DNA from: the human T2T-CHM13v2.0 reference genome, Homo sapiens
Direction: 5' to 3' (one strand)
DNA: 64,000 bases
Assembly (NCBI RefSeq): GCF_009914755.1
Contig: NC_060927.1
Part shown: positions 45,410-59,696 of the stretch, in pieces
Layout of the letters: each line of letters begins with the position of its first letter
Position numbering within the stretch: the stretch's first letter is position 1
The notes under the pieces: generated by a model
Database searches by the model: none
What the model was told of the DNA's origin: nothing
Seen by the model: the letters and a program-made list of their open reading frames with translations, nothing else
Translations under genes and position numbers: made by a program

Positions 45410-45960
45410 ATGCAGTTTCCAGTCATTCTTCTAATAGAGCAGTTGCTCTCATACTCATCAGCCCTATGATAAGGTCCACAATAAAAAATAATGGCATATT
45501 CTATTGCTTGCCTTCTCTGGTTAGATCGCTTGTCCTAATTACTCAACAAAAGAATCTTGTCCTTCTTTTCATTCATAATCTATTAATATGGAATTACCTG
45601 CTCTTCTCAATATATGTCACATCTTTTTCTTATGAACATTCTTACTTTAATGTCTCCATTTTCTTTCTTCTTCATTTAGATAATTCCTAGTTAGCTGTAT
45701 AAGTTGACTTCAATAACTACTTCCTCTAGGAAGCTTTTACTAACCAATAACCTGTGTTTTATGTCTGTCTCATAGTCCCCTTTAGCCCCTGCATTGATCT
45801 TCTTCTATTGTTTTATTACATTTCTTATTTTTTGCCTTTCTCGATCATTAATCTGTAATTTCCTTGTAGGCATGCACTCTTTCCTTTATATCTGTTTCTC
45901 TAGGATTTAATGTAGCACCTAAAATATCTTACCAACACAATCAATATTTATTGAAGAGAA
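45410..45960 (+). mobile_element. L2 LINE 3' fragment
   Basis: 'acttcctctaggaagctttt', 'ctgtaatttccttgtagggca', 'tcaatattttattgaa'. Confidence 0.6.
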
Positions 45961-46472
45961 GGACTCTAACTTTATATCTTGATTTGTGAGTTGACTAAGT
46001 TCAATAACAATTTCTGATTTCTCCAGCTACCATCACGTGCATATTGTTGGTTAAGTAAAGTAAAACTTATGATTCTCATTAAAACTTGGTAAATCAAAAT
46101 GAGCACATGAGAAAGGAATTTGATCGCAGTGCTAAGAAGGATCAATGTTATAGAAATCATCGGTACTCTCACCAACACAGAGACAAGAAAATGAACTGTC
46201 ACTCAGCTAAATGTGTCAGACTTTGTCAAATTAGAATTATAAGAAACTAAAGATGCATACCAACTATTTCCACAAAGTTCAAACCTAAAGCTGAAAATGT
46301 TACTTTACTCAGAAATACATTCAATGGTTTTTCCTTGCTCTTAACATAGCAACACCATCATTTCTCCATTCTTTTTCTCTTTATCTAGGATTTTTGGTTT
46401 AACTTTCCTCTTTTATTAAGATCTTCATACATGCTTTCCCAACTTACTTAATTATTTGCAGTTTCAATATCA

Positions 46473-46709
<237 letters not shown>

Positions 46710-49452
46710 TCATAATTCTTACTACCGATGATAAAACCTTCTGATCCTTCTTGAGTCATGTAATAAATACAACAGTTGTGCTTTTAAGATTAATAGTATC
46801 TCTAGAGAGGAAATTAGAGATGTCTTTCCCTCCCCAGAAGAGAAGTGTGAAACAGGATGGTAGAAAACAGCAAAACAAAAATAATATATCACTAGACTGA
46901 AAGAAATACCTTGTACTCTTCCATTGGGTGTCAACTTTAGTCTTTATAAAATCATGAGAAAGATTACAAAATTAGTGGCAAACATGAAAAATAACCTGAA
47001 AATGTATCACAAAATGGAACAACTTTAATTTGCAATTCTTTTTGTCCTTTCATTTTTTCTCTTCCATTTCTCACTTTACTTTGGACTATTTTACTATGCT
47101 AACCTATGTTAAACTATGCTCAATACAGGAGAAAATAGAGGAGTATAATTTTTTTCAAACTCATGCTTTGATTCAACAAAAAAGATTACTGATAACTGGC
47201 ATCAAGCTGAAATTAAAGAGAGAAAAATGTCTACATTTTTATACCCTCTATTTCTGTCTTCACACACACATATACACAAATAGTTATTCATACATATACA
47301 TATATACACATAGCTGTTTATAAATATACATATATGGATATATGTATGCCTATATGATCATTCATCTACCATCCAAGTATTTATCATTCATGCAGCTAAC
47401 ATATTTTTATCAATTTATGTTTTGCAAATGGAAATTGGCAAAGAACAGAAATAAAGGAAATCACATAAGATTAAAATTCTTGCTGATTTTGGATAATAAG
47501 CACTAGTGAAAGAGAAGAGGAACTTGGAATTTTAAATAATGTTTGGCATAGACATGTCTTTTATTTATGGATGAGAAAAGTAGACATAGACAAATAAATC
47601 ATATGTATATTTTAAGGCTCTATAAGGTTTAAGGACAAGAGTGAAGGAGAAATTTGTCCATAACAATACACGTTTTGTTTATATAAGAGGTGAAATTTTT
47701 ATTGTGATACTTTGTGTGCATAACACTCCAAAAAACAGATTTTTGAGATGTTTGTCTTCAAAATGAAAACAAATTGGTAGTGAAAATTTAACATGGGAAG
47801 AAATTAACTTTTATCTTTAATTGACTAATATAGGTCATAAATACAACTATAAGCTATTTTGAATGCTATCATGAAAATATTAAATTTTAAAAAGCATATT
47901 TATAACTTTATCAAAACTCAAATCAAAATTGAACTGTACTTTAACATGTAAAACAACTTCATAATGAAATCACTTGTTTTACTCTTTGCCATTTTATTTT
48001 CCAAAGTTTCTTGGCAATATATTTTGGTAGCTATATGGGTCATTTTTTAAATTCACATTCTTCCTTTGTAGCATAATAATATAACATTATTTTGCAATAA
48101 ATTTAATAAATTTATGAATTTTTAAAGGACATTTCCTGTAGGATTATCGTTTCAAGTCTCTTATATTTATTTCCTCAAGCACTTGTCATGCTGAGGGATG
48201 TCTGTCTCAGCTGAAGGGCAGAGAGCAGGCCTCTTCCCAAGGAGAGATCAAAACCATTGAGGATAGGGAGTTTTGCTTTTTTGATTCCAGCTTTATTATT
48301 AGAAACTAGAACATTTGGGAAACAGTGAGCATTGGTTCACCATGTGTTAACTGAACAAATTAATTAATGAACTTGTAATTAGCTAATGAGTCCTTATCAA
48401 TGTGTAATTTTAAATGAATTGTTATTTTTGATAAATCCTCACTTGGAAACAGCTTTGCAGAGGTTTTGATACCTCTGCCCAGCATAGTGTCCTAAAATTT
48501 CAAATATTTGCAATTTCACTTTGAAATTAATTTGCATTGTATTATCTTATATGAACAAATTCAAAACAAAGAAAATATTTAAGATATGGAGGGAAAACGA
48601 AACACTGAATGATGAAGAATGTTGGGGTGTAAAGTTAATTGGCAGAGATGCAACTTTGTTTGAAATGGGGAGAGATGTTTGAGAGAGAACTGTTGAGTGA
48701 TCAGTCCTTTGGTGAGTATTTTTGTGCTTTGACAACTTTACTTTCACATGCAGACCAGTAACTGGATATTTTTACTAATGAGTACTCTGTTAGTGTGTCC
48801 GTGCCTGTACACCAAGTTCCACATGTGTTTATATATGTATACATTTGTATGTATATGTATACATGTATATGAGCTACTACCCTGGGATGTAGAATATTTG
48901 TCTGTATCTCGTATATCCAGGCACAGATACCTTTTAAAAACACATGATACTGAAGTACTTGTGGCCTCATTTATAGTTGGATCATTGCACCAGTTCAATA
49001 CTCTTTCTCACAGTGGGCCCAGAGATGAAAACGTGGAACAGCTGTGCTCTTCTACCAAGTAATTGCAACTTAATTGAAGTATCATATTAGAACTTGGGTG
49101 CTTGTAGTTTTTGTGTCCATATTTATTCAATTTTTAAGAAGACGTGCTTTTAAGAAAGACTGTTTATAGCAAAATTTAGATTTCTTTTACAAATGCCTAC
49201 TTGTTTATTTTGGTCAATTGTTTGTTTGTATGTTTGCTTTACAGGATTGTTCACAGATTGCATTTCTCCTAAAATGACTATAATTTTAGATGTTCAACAA
49301 ATTCCTAACACCATCACCATCCATATTTCTGCTGAGCATCTTATTCTTTGAGATTCTAGCATCTCAGCAATCACTCAAATGTTGCAACATTCCATTAAAG
49401 ATAAATTATGTCTAAAAGGAACAAGCATTCTCTCAGGATTTGACCTCTAAAC

Positions 49453-49610
49453 AAGTGCCATTGAATAGAATTTTCTGCAACTGTGGGGATGTTCTATAAT
49501 CTGAGCTGCCCAGTATATTAGCTTCTAACCACATGTCGCTGTTGTTCATTTGAAATGTGGCTAGTGAGACTGAAAAAATAATGTCTCTAATTTTAAATTT
49601 AATAAATACA
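49453..49610. mobile_element. MER3-like hAT-Charlie MITE fragment
   Basis: 'aatagaattttctgc...gatgttctata...ccacatgt...ttgaaatgtggctagtgagactga'. Confidence 0.75.
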
Positions 49611-49639
49611 ACCAATTAAAAATTTTACAACTCTCTTAT

Positions 49640-51295
49640 TTATTTTAATATTTGAGGTTTACAATGTTATGATAAGATACATATACATTGTGTAATGATT
49701 ATCATAATCATTACACAATCATAATCAAATTAAAAAACACATCTATCATTAAATATGCTGTACATTAGATCCCAGAACTTGTTCAACTTAAAACTGAAAG
49801 TTTGAACCATTTGATTAACACCTCTTCAGTTCCCCCACCCCTATCCTCCAGCCCTTGGCAACCACCATTCTCTTCTGTCTTCTGAGTTCAACTTATTAAA
49901 ATATCACATATGAGATCATGCAATATTTGTCTTTCTGTGTCTAGCTTACTTCACTTAGCATAATGTCCTACAGGTTCACCTGTGTTGTAAAAATGCAGGA
50001 TCTCCTTCTTTTTAATGGTGGAATAATTTCCATTGTATAAACCACCATTTATTTACTCATTCATTTGTCCATAAACACTTAGGTTGTTTCCATATCTTGG
50101 CTACTGTGAATGGTGCTTCAATGAACACGAGGGTGCAGATAACTCTTAGACACACTGATTTCTCTACCTTTGTATACTCAGAAGTGAGATTGCTGGATCA
50201 TGTGGTAGCTCTATTTCTTAATTTTTTGAGGAATCTCCATACTCTTTCCCATAATAGCTACATCAATTTAGATTTCCATCAGCAGTGTACAAGGGTTTCC
50301 TTTTCTCCACACTGTCACTAACACTTGCTATCGCTTGCCTTTTTGATAATAGTCATTCTAACAGGTCTGAGGTGATAACTCATTTGATTTGTATTTCTCT
50401 GATAATTAGTGATGATGAGGACCTTTTCATATACTGTTTGGCCACTTATATGTCTTCTTTGAAAATATTCAATTCAGGTCCTCTACCCATTTTTAATCAG
50501 GTTATACATGTGTATGTGTTTTTTTTTTGTTTTTGTTTGTTTTGCTATTGAGTAGTGCGAGTACCTATATATTTTGTGTATTAACCCAGATTAATTAGAT
50601 ATGTAGTTTGAAAATATTTTATTTCATTGCATTGATTACCTTTTCATTTTGCAGTTTCCTTTGGTGTGCAGAAGCTTTTTAATTTGATATAATTCCATTT
50701 GTTTATTTTTTATTTTGTTAACTGTGCTTTGATGTCACACCCAAACAAAGCATTGCCAAGACCAATGTCAAAGAGCCTTTTGCTTTCTTCTAAGAGTTTG
50801 ACAGTTTGAGATCTTACATTTTAGTCTTTCATCTATTTTAAGTCAATTTTTATGTATGGGATAAGACAAGGGTCCAATTTTATTTATTTTCATGTGGATG
50901 TTCATTTTTTTCCAGTGCATTTATTGAAGAGATTTTCCTTTATTCATTGTTTATTTTTGGCACCATGGTCAAAGATTAATTGACCATATATGTGTAGGTT
51001 TATTTCTGGGCTTTCTATTCTGTTCCATTGGTCTGTGTCTGTTTATATGACAACTGCAAACTGTTCTGATGTTACTACAGCTTTGTGATATAGTTTGATA
51101 TCATGGAGGGTTATGCCTCCAGAATTTTTTTCTCTCAAGATTGCTTTGGCTCTTTGGGGGTTTTGCATTTTCATACAAATTTTAGGATTGTGTGTGTGTG
51201 TGTGTGAAAAATTCCTTTGGAATTTTGATAGGGATTACACTGATTTTGCAGATCACTTTAGATACTATGGGCCTTTAAAAAATACTCATTAATAC
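49640..51295 (-). mobile_element. L1MA (8/9-like) LINE-1 3' fragment
   Basis: 3' UTR and ORF2 C-terminal motifs on the minus strand ('cttggcaaccaccattct', 'gtgcagaagctttttaatttgat', 'tttatttctgggctttctattctgttccattgg'). Confidence 0.88.
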
Positions 51296-51433
51296 ACATT
51301 TAAGTCTGTGTAGTCACTTGTGTCTTATGGATCCATATAGGACTGCACAGTATACTCCAAATCTCTCTTATATAAATATACAATAGGGCCAAGAACAAAA
51401 ATGATGGCTAATTTATGTTTCATTCCTTCATTT

Positions 51434-52403
51434 TGATTGGGACAGGGTCACAGAAATTCTAGGCAGAAAAGGGCGGTCTCTGACAAAACTCTACCTTCAA
51501 GCCAAAAAGCCCGAAACCCACAACCCAAAGTGAGAACTTCTCTCCCTGTTTCCCAGCTAGAGTGTTACCTTTTCCTGAACTACCCGTGCCCCCTGTTTCT
51601 CTCCATCCTGTGTCTATAAAGATCCCAGACTCAGCCAGCAGAGAGAAGAAGTAGCTGGATGTCAGAGACAATGGCTGTATGTGGGAGACAAGCAGCTTGA
51701 CCTCAGAGGGACAGCTTGATGGCATAACTTTGGAGAAGAATCCAGCTGGAGATGGCCAGACATCAGGAGAAGATTACCTATCCCCCTTTCCCTTTTCAGC
51801 TCCCCATCTTGTTGAGAGCCACTTTCATCAGCAATAAAATCCTCCTCATTCCCCACCTCTAATTCATTCATACAACCTCATTTTTTTCTGCGTGCTAGAT
51901 AACATCTCAGGAGCCACAAGTAAAGATACAAAAGGCTATCACACTGGTCCTTTACCCTTGCTGGTAGAGGGCAGCTGCCGTAGCTGAAAAGGAATATGCC
52001 CACTGAGCTGTTAACATTTAAGCTGTCCACAGATGGCAGAGCTAAAAGAGCCCTGTAACACACCCGCTGGGGCTTTGTGGGTGGCAGCCACCCCCACCTA
52101 GCTGCTTCTGCAGGGCCTGCATGGAGGTTGCTCCTGCCAGCACCCAAAAGCACTTGCTTGGGCACCTGCACCCACTCACCTGCATGCTCCCTCCCACGAG
52201 GGGTGAAGTGCAGCAGGTCCGAGTGAGTGGAGTTTGATTCTTCCAGTGCCTATGTGGAGGCTGTTTCCAGCACTTGTGCTCTCCAGTTCCTGCCTCATTC
52301 ACTCACATGATCCTTCCCACGAGGAGGTGAGAGTGGCAGGCTGAGTAAAGTAGGCACCTCTGTCACAAGACCCGCAAAAGTGTAAGGGAAATATTATGCT
52401 TCA
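51434..52403 (+). mobile_element. LTR1/LTR27/LTR28-group solo LTR (ERV1)
   Basis: tga...tca ends; TATA-like 'ctataaaga'; AATAAA near 51833; perfect 4-bp TSD attt at 51430-51433 and 52404-52407. Confidence 0.8.
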
Positions 52404-52679
52404 ATTTGACCCATCATTCAATATCAGTCCTTATTGTGTGCTCACTATTTTCCAGGCAATGCACTGTCTGAGGGTAATCAGTCATGAAGACATAGGTTAT
52501 GCCAAGAAGTTTATGCCATATTCCTATAGTAAGGAGTAGTATCCGAAACTCTCAAACACATCCTCTGCATAAGTAAAAATGCTCATAGGAGAAATGCCAT
52601 CAAAAACAAACGTGTGTGCATGTGTATATTGTATTGTGTGTTTAATAAGTGGGTATATCTGTATACATGTCTGTAAGTT

Positions 52680-52945
52680 TTTGAGTCATTGGCTAGGTTT
52701 CCTGGAAGATGACTTTAAGAGGGAGATTTGTGTATAGAAAATTTAATGGGAAGTTTCTTGAGATTGGACAGAGAAAAAACATTAAATTGAAATAGAGTCA
52801 CAGAAAATACCTCAATTGATCTTACAAGTTTCTCTGGAGCACAGACTTATTGGACCTCAGATGATGTAGGGTATCATCAACCAGCTATTGAATTAGGACA
52901 TTTCCTTAAGAGATTCAGCACACCACCCAGAGCTGCCAGCCCTTT
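52680..52945 (-). mobile_element. LTR16-like ERVL LTR fragment
   Basis: 'ggagatttgtgtatagaaaatttaatggga...gattggacagagaaa...ctctggagc'. Confidence 0.5.
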
Positions 52946-53309
52946 GAGAAGCTAGTCATGCACATGCCTGTGAGACTGAGAGGGAGGTAAAGAAAGAGAA
53001 AGATCAGAGGAGGAAAGTTAAAGCAGAAAAATGATCACTCTTTTTCTTGGCATTTTTTGTTACATTAATCATCTGGACTTGAGGAGTATATGAATAATTT
53101 AATATTCTTGGCTATATTGCATTAAAAGTTCTTTAATTGGATAAACATTTTAATGATTTTGAAAATCATAGTTCTCTTTTTAATGAATGTTATGAGATTT
53201 TTCACAGAAAATGACTATCTGTAAAAAGCTCTATAATTTTAAGAGTATCTGAAAACCATGAACTCCATGAAATCATGATATTTTAGTTTCGGTTACTTTC
53301 AGACTAGCC

Positions 53310-53935
53310 AATTTTCAGATTCAGCTCCCTGAGAGTAGAAACCTGTCTGGTTTCTTTCTATGTCCTCAGTGTCTAAACAGAGTAGATCCTAAACAAAAAA
53401 TAGTTGAACAAATTAATTCACAAAGCTCTTCTTTGTGTCTGTGGAAAAGTTGTCATAATTTCTGCCACGTAAGGAAGTGTTTCTGGAGAAGTGGATTTCT
53501 CTTCCTTTGTTTCTGTCCCCTTCCACTCATCCTTGGTAAAGTACACGTCTGATCATGAAACTCTCTCTAATACCTTCCATCACTACGAAGATAAAGTTAA
53601 AATCCCTTTTTAATTCATGATATGCCCTTCATAGCCTTGCTGAGGATTCTCCAATACCTATCATGCAACTTGCACCCAACCATACTTCACTACTTACTAT
53701 ATCATGCTCGTTCATAACTCTGTATCTCAATATTCATTCTCTTCTGCTTTCAATCACTTTTCCAAAAGCTTCATCTGATAAATTATTATTTACCCCTTAA
53801 GAATTAGCACAAACTAATGTCACTCAGAGTTGATTTTCATAATACCTTACAACTGGAGTGAATTCATCCCTCTTATTACTCCTTGATTTTTTTTTCCATT
53901 TTTATGGACATCTCACACTTTCTGTGCTCTCCTTA
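53310..53935 (+). mobile_element. L2 LINE fragments
   Basis: 'agctccctgagagtagaaacctgtctgg...tcctcagtgtcta'; 'tctgatcatg...gataaagttaaaatcc'. Confidence 0.55.
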
Positions 53936-53939
53936 AGTG

Positions 53940-54378
53940 ATGGGATCTGCAACCCTGGTAAATACATTTGCCACACTAGTGTTTTACTAGTGTTTTGAAT
54001 GTGGTTAAGTTCTTTCCAATGAGATGCACTCAGAAGAGACTTAGAAAGTGAAAGAAAAGCAGAGGCTTTCTTCTTCTTGCAGCTGTGATGGATAATGAGT
54101 AAAGTTTAGCTAACTTGAGTTTGCAATAACCAGATTTCATCTTTTACCCCGTGGCTGCTCTGAGGCTGTGGGATGGCTTTGTCATCAGTAGTCCCTAACT
54201 ACTTCTTGACCTCCAAGAGGAAAATGTAATAGCTTGACCTTAGCATCTACAAGCCATTCCCTGGGTTCTACTTTCTCAGCCCTTCTAATAATGCTATAAG
54301 ACCTTGTTCCCTGAATTAGCCATTTTTCTGCACGAAATAACTTTAGTGAGCATATTCCCTCCACTATAACCTGAAAAA
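53940..54378 (+). mobile_element. LTR33-like ERVL LTR
   Basis: 'ttaagttctttccaatgagatgcact...agacttagaaagtgaaag' and 3' 'ttccctgaatta...ttctgcacgaaataac'. Confidence 0.5.
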
Positions 54379-56544
54379 TTGATTTAGTTTGCCTCCATGA
54401 TGAACTTATGGATCAAGAACTTATAAAGACACTGAAAGGATGAGTATTTCCAGTATAGTATGTAGTTTTTTTTTTGTTTTACCTTCTTCAAAGTAAGAAG
54501 TAAAATGTAATAGCATTTCAGGGTGACAAATGAGAATGCTCCTAAGTACAACAGTATTTTATTACAAATCCAACTCTTCTGGGGCCTAAAAAAACTTTGA
54601 ATCTTCCTTTAGATAAGACAAAATAATATAACCAAGAGAATGCATGTAAACTTTAAGATAGTTTGAAGCACTGTAAAAATTAGTCCACAACAATACATAT
54701 ACCAACGTTAATACACATAAAGTTATTTGCTTAATCATGTTGATGAAAGTTGCATGTAAAAAGTATAGATTTATAATAGCCTTACTAACGTTAAATACCC
54801 AGATATAGATTATTATATTAAAAGGTGATTGCTTTCCTTAAAGTGGCAATTTACAAATCAAATAATTCATTGTTATGGTAGTTTATGTCCTATATTTTTC
54901 TAGTATATTTAAAATAAAATTTGAATAATCAAAACAAAAATTTGCACATAACTCCTGGAATACAATTAAAATATACAGTAAATAGTACCCATACTATACT
55001 CAGTCTTGAAATAAAATAAATATTATAATGAAATAAAATAAATATCAATAATAATGATAATAAGATAGTTTTGGCAATAACTAGGTTTGATGATTTATTC
55101 ACTTGAACCTCTTAACTTATTCTTTAAAGACAATAGTTCTATCAGCACCTTAATAAATATATATCAAACTTCACTTACCTTACAGTTTGCTTTAATGAGG
55201 CTTATTACCTAGGCTTCAATAATCATTATAAGATATTGTTATCTCTCAATTTAACAAGTGGCAGAACGGAGTTACTCAGAAACAAACAGGAAGTCATTCC
55301 TCTCTGCCTAGATAGAGTACTTCTTATTTTTCAAAATCATATTTCAGCACACAGTAATGTAATCATCATGCTGAGACTGTCGGTAATAGCCCTCACTACT
55401 CAAGTGGCTTCTTCGAACAGCTGCTCTGACACAATTCGAAATCCCATTCCTCTGAAGGATAACAAATAATGACTATGACTATAGAAACATTTGAAATATT
55501 AATGTGATACCTTATGAAGACATTTACATGGCACCAGCAGTGTGTCAACACAGATTGCCCATTTCCTTACAACAGGCACTGTCTTTGAATCTGATGGAAG
55601 CATCAAAGACATCATGTATACTTTCTATATAAAACAAAAAAATCTGAAATTTTGAACATATAGAGTTAGAAAAATTCAGAACATTTCTCTATGCAATATA
55701 TTTGATATTAACAAAATCCAACTTCGTGTCTAAAAATTAAATTCTACATGCCACAGTGTTTCTGACTTAAACCGTGTTACGAAATAATAAAAATTGTCAA
55801 AATCTAAATAATTACTTTAAGATTTATGGAAATTATTTTAAAACTAGTTAACATTTCTTACTATTATTCAAGGCCTAAATAATTAGAACTATTCATTTTT
55901 GCAAGAAAGAACACATAGTTTGTAGACTGAAGGGTCTGACCAAAATTTAAGAGGGAGGGAGAAAGAAAATATTGAAGTGTATGTGTTTATGTAGAAATAT
56001 GTATTGATGTAGAAGGTACTTTATGTCAAAATATAAACATGGTAGAAAATGATTTTAGCTTTCCAATCAATCAATGAAAATAAGTTTTTTATGTTGGTTG
56101 GATTTAATCTGATCACACCGCATCTTTGTTTAATGATTATAAATTATTGTAAACATATACAATTAGGAGACAGTTCTTTCAATGTTAACCAAAATACTTG
56201 GTTTAGTAAGTTTTATGTTTTTCTATTATTTATGTATTATACTATGCTTGTCCAGATTTGTATCAACTTTATACTAAGAATTTTTGGGTTAATTTTCTTT
56301 TCCTCTTTTAGCAAACTTTGAGAATAAGAAAGTTATCATATTTTCTTGAAGTTTTATAAAGCCCTTGCATATGAAGCCTTTTGCCAAAAGAGAGTATTAT
56401 TAGATAAATTTTAATATTTAAGCCATATTTTAAACTTTATTGAGTCACTGTTATACCATTAAATATCTAGATATTTATTAATATAAAATAAATGTTTCAA
56501 CTTTAATTTTTATATATCATTTCTTTCTAAAGTTCTATTTCAAA

Positions 56545-57123
56545 CCTGAATAGTCCAGGCAATTATGAGCAAAAAAAAAAAAAAAAAAAAAAGAAAACAA
56601 TGCTCAAGGCCTAACACTGTCTGATTTTAAAGTATATTACAAAGCTATATTAATTTAAACAGCACAATACTAGCATTAAAATAAATACTTTGAACAAGGA
56701 CTTAGAATAGAGGGCCCAGAAATGAACCCACACATGTAAATAAATTGGCTTTCAACAAAGTTACCAAGAATAAACAATGGGAAAACAATAATTTCTTTAA
56801 TAAATAGCATTGGGAAAACTGGATATCCACATGCAAATGGATGAAACTTGAGCTAAAGCTCAAGTTTTACACGATTTACAATAATCCACTCATTATGACT
56901 TAAAGACTTAAACATAAGACCAGAAACTGTAACACTACTAAAAGAAAACATGGGGAAAACTACCTGACTTTGGTATGAACAATAATTTCTTAATTTGGCC
57001 ACAAAAGCACAGGCAACAAAAGCAAAAATAGACAAATAGGATTACATCAAATCAAAAAGCTTCACCACAGCAAAGGAAATAATCAACAGTGTGAAGAGAC
57101 AACCTATGGAGTGACAGAAATTG
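56545..57123 (+). mobile_element. L1MA ORF2 fragment (upstream of Tigger1)
   Basis: 'agaatagagggcccagaaatgaacccacac', 'ggaaaactggatatccacatgc', 'gtgaagagacaacctatgga'; includes an expanded A run at ~56571-56592. Confidence 0.85.
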
Positions 57124-57327
57124 GAGGCATACCTCAAAGAGATTATAAATCAAGCTCCAAATAACCACAATACAGTAAATATTGCAATAAAGCAAGTCAC
57201 ATAAACTTTTGGGTTTCCTGGTATACCTAAAAGTTATGTTTAAACTATACTGTAGTCTATTAAGTGTGCAATAGCATTATGTCTAAAAACATAGTATACA
57301 CACCTTAACTAAAAATACTTTATTGTG

Positions 57328-57610
57328 GGCCAGGCACAATGGTTCATGCCTGTAAACCCAGCACTTTGGGAGGCTGAGGCAGGAGGATTGCTTGAGGTCA
57401 AGAGTTAGAGACCAGCCTGGCAAACATGGAGAAACCCAGTCTTTACTAAAAATACAGAAATTAGCTGGGTGTGCCATACCTGTCATTCCAGCTACTTGGG
57501 AGGCTGAGACACTAGAATTGCTTGAACCTGGGAAGGAGAGGTTGCAGTGAGCCGAGATTGGACCATTGCAATCCTGCCTGCATGACAAAAACAAAACTAA
57601 ACAAAAAAAA
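57328..57610 (+). mobile_element. Alu (J/S) inserted in Tigger1
   Basis: ggccaggcacaatggttcatgcctgta... dimer with small deletions and an A-rich tail. Confidence 0.92.
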
Positions 57611-57946
57611 GTTATTGCTAAAAATGATAGGATCATTTTAGCCTTCGGTGAGTTGTAATCTTTTTGCTGGTATTCACACCATGGTGTAGCCTACTAAGTG
57701 TGTAATACAAATGTATCTAAAAAAAATACACATCTTAATTTAAATACTTTATGCTAAAAAATGCTAACAATCATTCGCGCCTTTAGGGAGTCATAATTTC
57801 TTTGCTGGTGAAGGATCTTTCCTCAGTTTTGATGGCTGCTAACTGATCAGGGTGGGGAGTGGTGAAAGTATGAGTAGCTGGGACAATTTCTTAAAATAAA
57901 GAGAATGTTGAAGTTTGCAGCATTGATAGACAGAAGATCTATCATT

Positions 57947-59520
57947 TCACAGGAAGATTTCTCTATAGCATGCAATGCTGTTTAACAGCATTTTACCCAC
58001 GGTAGAACTTCTTTCAATATGGCAGTCAATCCTTTCCAAACCGACTGCTGCTTTATCAACTAAGTCTGTGTAACATTCTAAATCTTTTGTTGTCATTTCA
58101 ACAAGGTTCACAGAATTTTCACCAGGTAGAGAATCCATCTCAAGAAACCACTTTCTTTGCTCATCCATAAGAAGCAACTTCTCATGCATTCAAGCTTTAG
58201 TATAAGATTGCAGCAATTCAGACACATCTTCAGGCTCCTCTTCTAATTCTAGTCTTCTTGTGGTTTCTACTGCATCTGCAGTTACTTCACCCAGTAAAGT
58301 CTTGAACCCCTGAAAGTAATTCACAAGGTTTCAAATCAACTTCTTCCAAATTCCTGTTAAAGTTAATATTTTGACCTTTTCCCATGAATAATGAATGGTC
58401 TTAATGGCATCTAGAATGAATCCTTGGTTTTTAATGTACTTAGATCTGATCCATCAGAGGGATCACTGTTTGGCAGCTCTAGCCTTACAAAATGTATTTC
58501 TTAAATAACAAGACTTGAAATTCAAAATTACTTATTAATCTATGGCTGCAAAATAGATGTTTCGTTAGCAGGCATGAAAGCAACATTAATATTCTTATAC
58601 ACCTCTATCAGATCCTCTTGGGTGACCAGATGCATTGTCAACAGGCAGTGACATTTTGAAATTTTTTTTTTTTCTCTGAGAAGTAGGTCTCAACAGTGGG
58701 CTTAAATTATTCAGTAAACCATTCTGTAAACAGATATGCTGTTGTCTACATTTTATTGTTCAATTTATAGAACACAAGCAGAATAGATTTAGCAAGATTT
58801 TTAAGGGCCCTAGAGTTTTTGAAATGGCAAATAAGCATTGGCTTCCACTCAAAGTCACCAGCTGTATTAGCCCCTAAGAGGAGAGTCAGTCTGTGTTTCG
58901 AAGCTTTGAAGACAGGCATTGATTTCTCCTAACTCTGGTAGTCCTAGATGGCATTTTTATCTACTATAAGGCTATTCATCTGCACTGAAAATATGTATTT
59001 TATTGTAGCCACTTTATCAATGTTCTTAGTTAGATTTTCTGGATAACTTGGTGTAGGGTCTACATCAGCGCATGTTGCTTCATCTTGCACTTTTAAGTTA
59101 TTGAGATGGCTTCTTTGCTTAAACTTCATGAACCAACTTCTGCCAGTTTCCAGCTTTTCTTCTGCAGCTTCAACTCTTTCACTTTTCATAGCATTGAGCA
59201 AGAGTTAAGAACTTGTTCTGGATTAAGCTTTGGTTTATGGGAATATTGAAGCTGGTTTAATCTTCTATCCATACCACTAAAACTTACTCCATATCAGCAG
59301 TAATGCTGTTTTGGTTTCGTATTATTCATGTATTTACTAAAGTAGCAGTTTTAATTGCCTCTGAGAACTTTTCTTTGCATTCATAACTTGGCTAACTGTT
59401 TAACACAAGAGGCCTACCTTTTAGCTTATCTCAGATTTCAGCATGCCGTCCTCACTAAGCTTAATCATTTCTAGCTTTTGGATTAAGTGAGTGAAAGATG
59501 TGTAACTCTTCCTTTCACTT
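57947..59520 (-). pseudogene. Tigger1 transposase remnants
   Basis: ORFs 58944-59201 (EAAEEKLETGRSWFMKFKQRSHLNNLKVQDE) and 57947-58189 ([14 protein letters not shown]...VEMTTKDLE) resemble Tigger1/TIGD1 transposase. Confidence 0.85.
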
Positions 59521-59608
59521 GAACAATTAGAGGCCATTGCAAGTTTATTAATTGGCATAATTTTAACATTCTTGTGTCTCAGGGAATAGGGAGGTCCAAG
59601 GCAGTGTG

Positions 59609-59647
59609 GAAGAGAGAGAGAGGGAGAGAGTGAGGTAGAGAGAGAGA

Positions 59648-59692
<45 letters not shown>
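59609..59692. repeat. (GA)n microsatellite inside Tigger1
   Basis: Interrupted GA dinucleotide run. Confidence 0.95.
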
Positions 59693-59696
<4 letters not shown>

